NCBI RefSeq assembly: GCF_963921235.1
Contig: NC_086097.1
Location: 75,950,001-76,014,000 of the forward strand
Source: Mobula hypostoma
Lineage: Eukaryota
Reading direction: 5' to 3'
Length of the DNA: 64,000 nt
Notes under the pieces: generated by a model
Databases searched by the model: none
The model's input: only the letters and a program-made list of their open reading frames with translations
Told to the model about the DNA's origin: nothing
In this document: positions 63,113-64,000 of the stretch, in pieces
Layout: each line of letters begins with the position of its first letter
Position numbering within the stretch: the first letter of the stretch is position 1
Translations under genes and position numbers: made by a program

Positions 63113-64000
63113 GCCAACAGAGAAAAATACAAGTTATGATTCACCTCAGGAATGCATATAGTCAGTATCTGTACTGGCAACGGGTATAAGACATGTACCA
63201 TAATGGAGGAATATGGAAATTAAACATCCCAACTTTTGAGCCTTGCCACACCATTAATTGCTCCTTGACCTACCAAGAAACATTTGCTAATGTTTTTCAA
63301 AGGACTTCTTGAAACATTGCTAGAATCCAAAAGGGATTATAGTTAGCTGGAGTCACTTGAATAATACTTCTCAATGAGTATTTTCTGTTAAATGTCTGTA
63401 AGCTTTTTTTCTGGTTTAAAACAGAAACCAGCAGATTCATTGAATTCATCTTGCAAAAGTTAGATCTCACTTCACAGAATGTGCATTTCTGATCCAGTCA
63501 CAAAACAGATTCATCATTGCATTGTTTTAAAAGCCTGCAAAATGTGTTCAATATCTGGACCAACAGATATCATAATTTCAAACTCAAGGCTATTTTGCCT
63601 CCAAAATATGAACAAAAATGCATGTTTAACATTTGGAAATCAAATAGTTTATCAATTCTAATATACACTATGCTACCATCCTTGCAGGTGATATTCACCC
63701 AGTTTAAAAGCACACAAGTTCTACATCAGAATGACTCAGTTGCAATTAAACTATCTTCTGTAATGAATCAGCCATAGTACTTTAATGAATATAACCAAGC
63801 ATCCAGTCCAGTTTCTTTTCCTCCTCTCTGTTAGTAATTTAGTCATTAAGGAATATAACACCTGGACCATTAGCGTTACATTTAACTTCACTATCTCTGA
63901 TCGCTGATCTTAAATTCTATTTCAGGACCCAAAAGCCTCTGATTGTGCTCGAGAAAAACAATGAAACAATGACGAAAATCTATGCCCATGACCAAGATTT

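Noticed and set aside
1-64000. CRISPR arrays, rRNA, prokaryotic operons or non-retroviral endogenous viral genes
   Set aside because: No regularly spaced repeats, rRNA-like sequence or long non-transposon ORFs seen; the window is vertebrate intronic and intergenic DNA.

Overview
This is AT-rich, repeat-dense vertebrate DNA. The repeat repertoire (elasmobranch-type CR1, Penelope-like, Rex1/Babar, V-SINE, L2) suggests a cartilaginous fish, probably a ray; that assignment is an inference. The only host gene I recognise is the 5' end of RASGRP1 on the minus strand. A predicted first coding exon lies at 21689-21640, below a CCAAT/ETS/octamer-rich promoter, and exon 2 lies at 12430-12256. Bases 1-12255 are intron 2, and everything above about 22 kb is upstream sequence. 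As written, exon 2 is frameshifted by 1 nt, giving a premature stop just before the conserved Met-Met of the REM domain. The rest is mostly decayed mobile DNA. It includes a full-length IR/DR Tc1, two Buster-type hAT deletion derivatives, and a pogo/Tigger-CR1-hAT triple nest. It also includes a gag-only two-LTR retrovirus-like element with a tRNA-Pro PBS plus a solo LTR of the same family, a near-full-length CR1 whose 5' half is inverted, and many Penelope-derived repeats with relic minimal hammerhead ribozyme cores. A perfect 27-bp hairpin sits in apparently unique DNA near 63.1 kb. Almost all ORFs in the supplied track are transposon debris or chance ORFs. Boundaries of old repeats are approximate.
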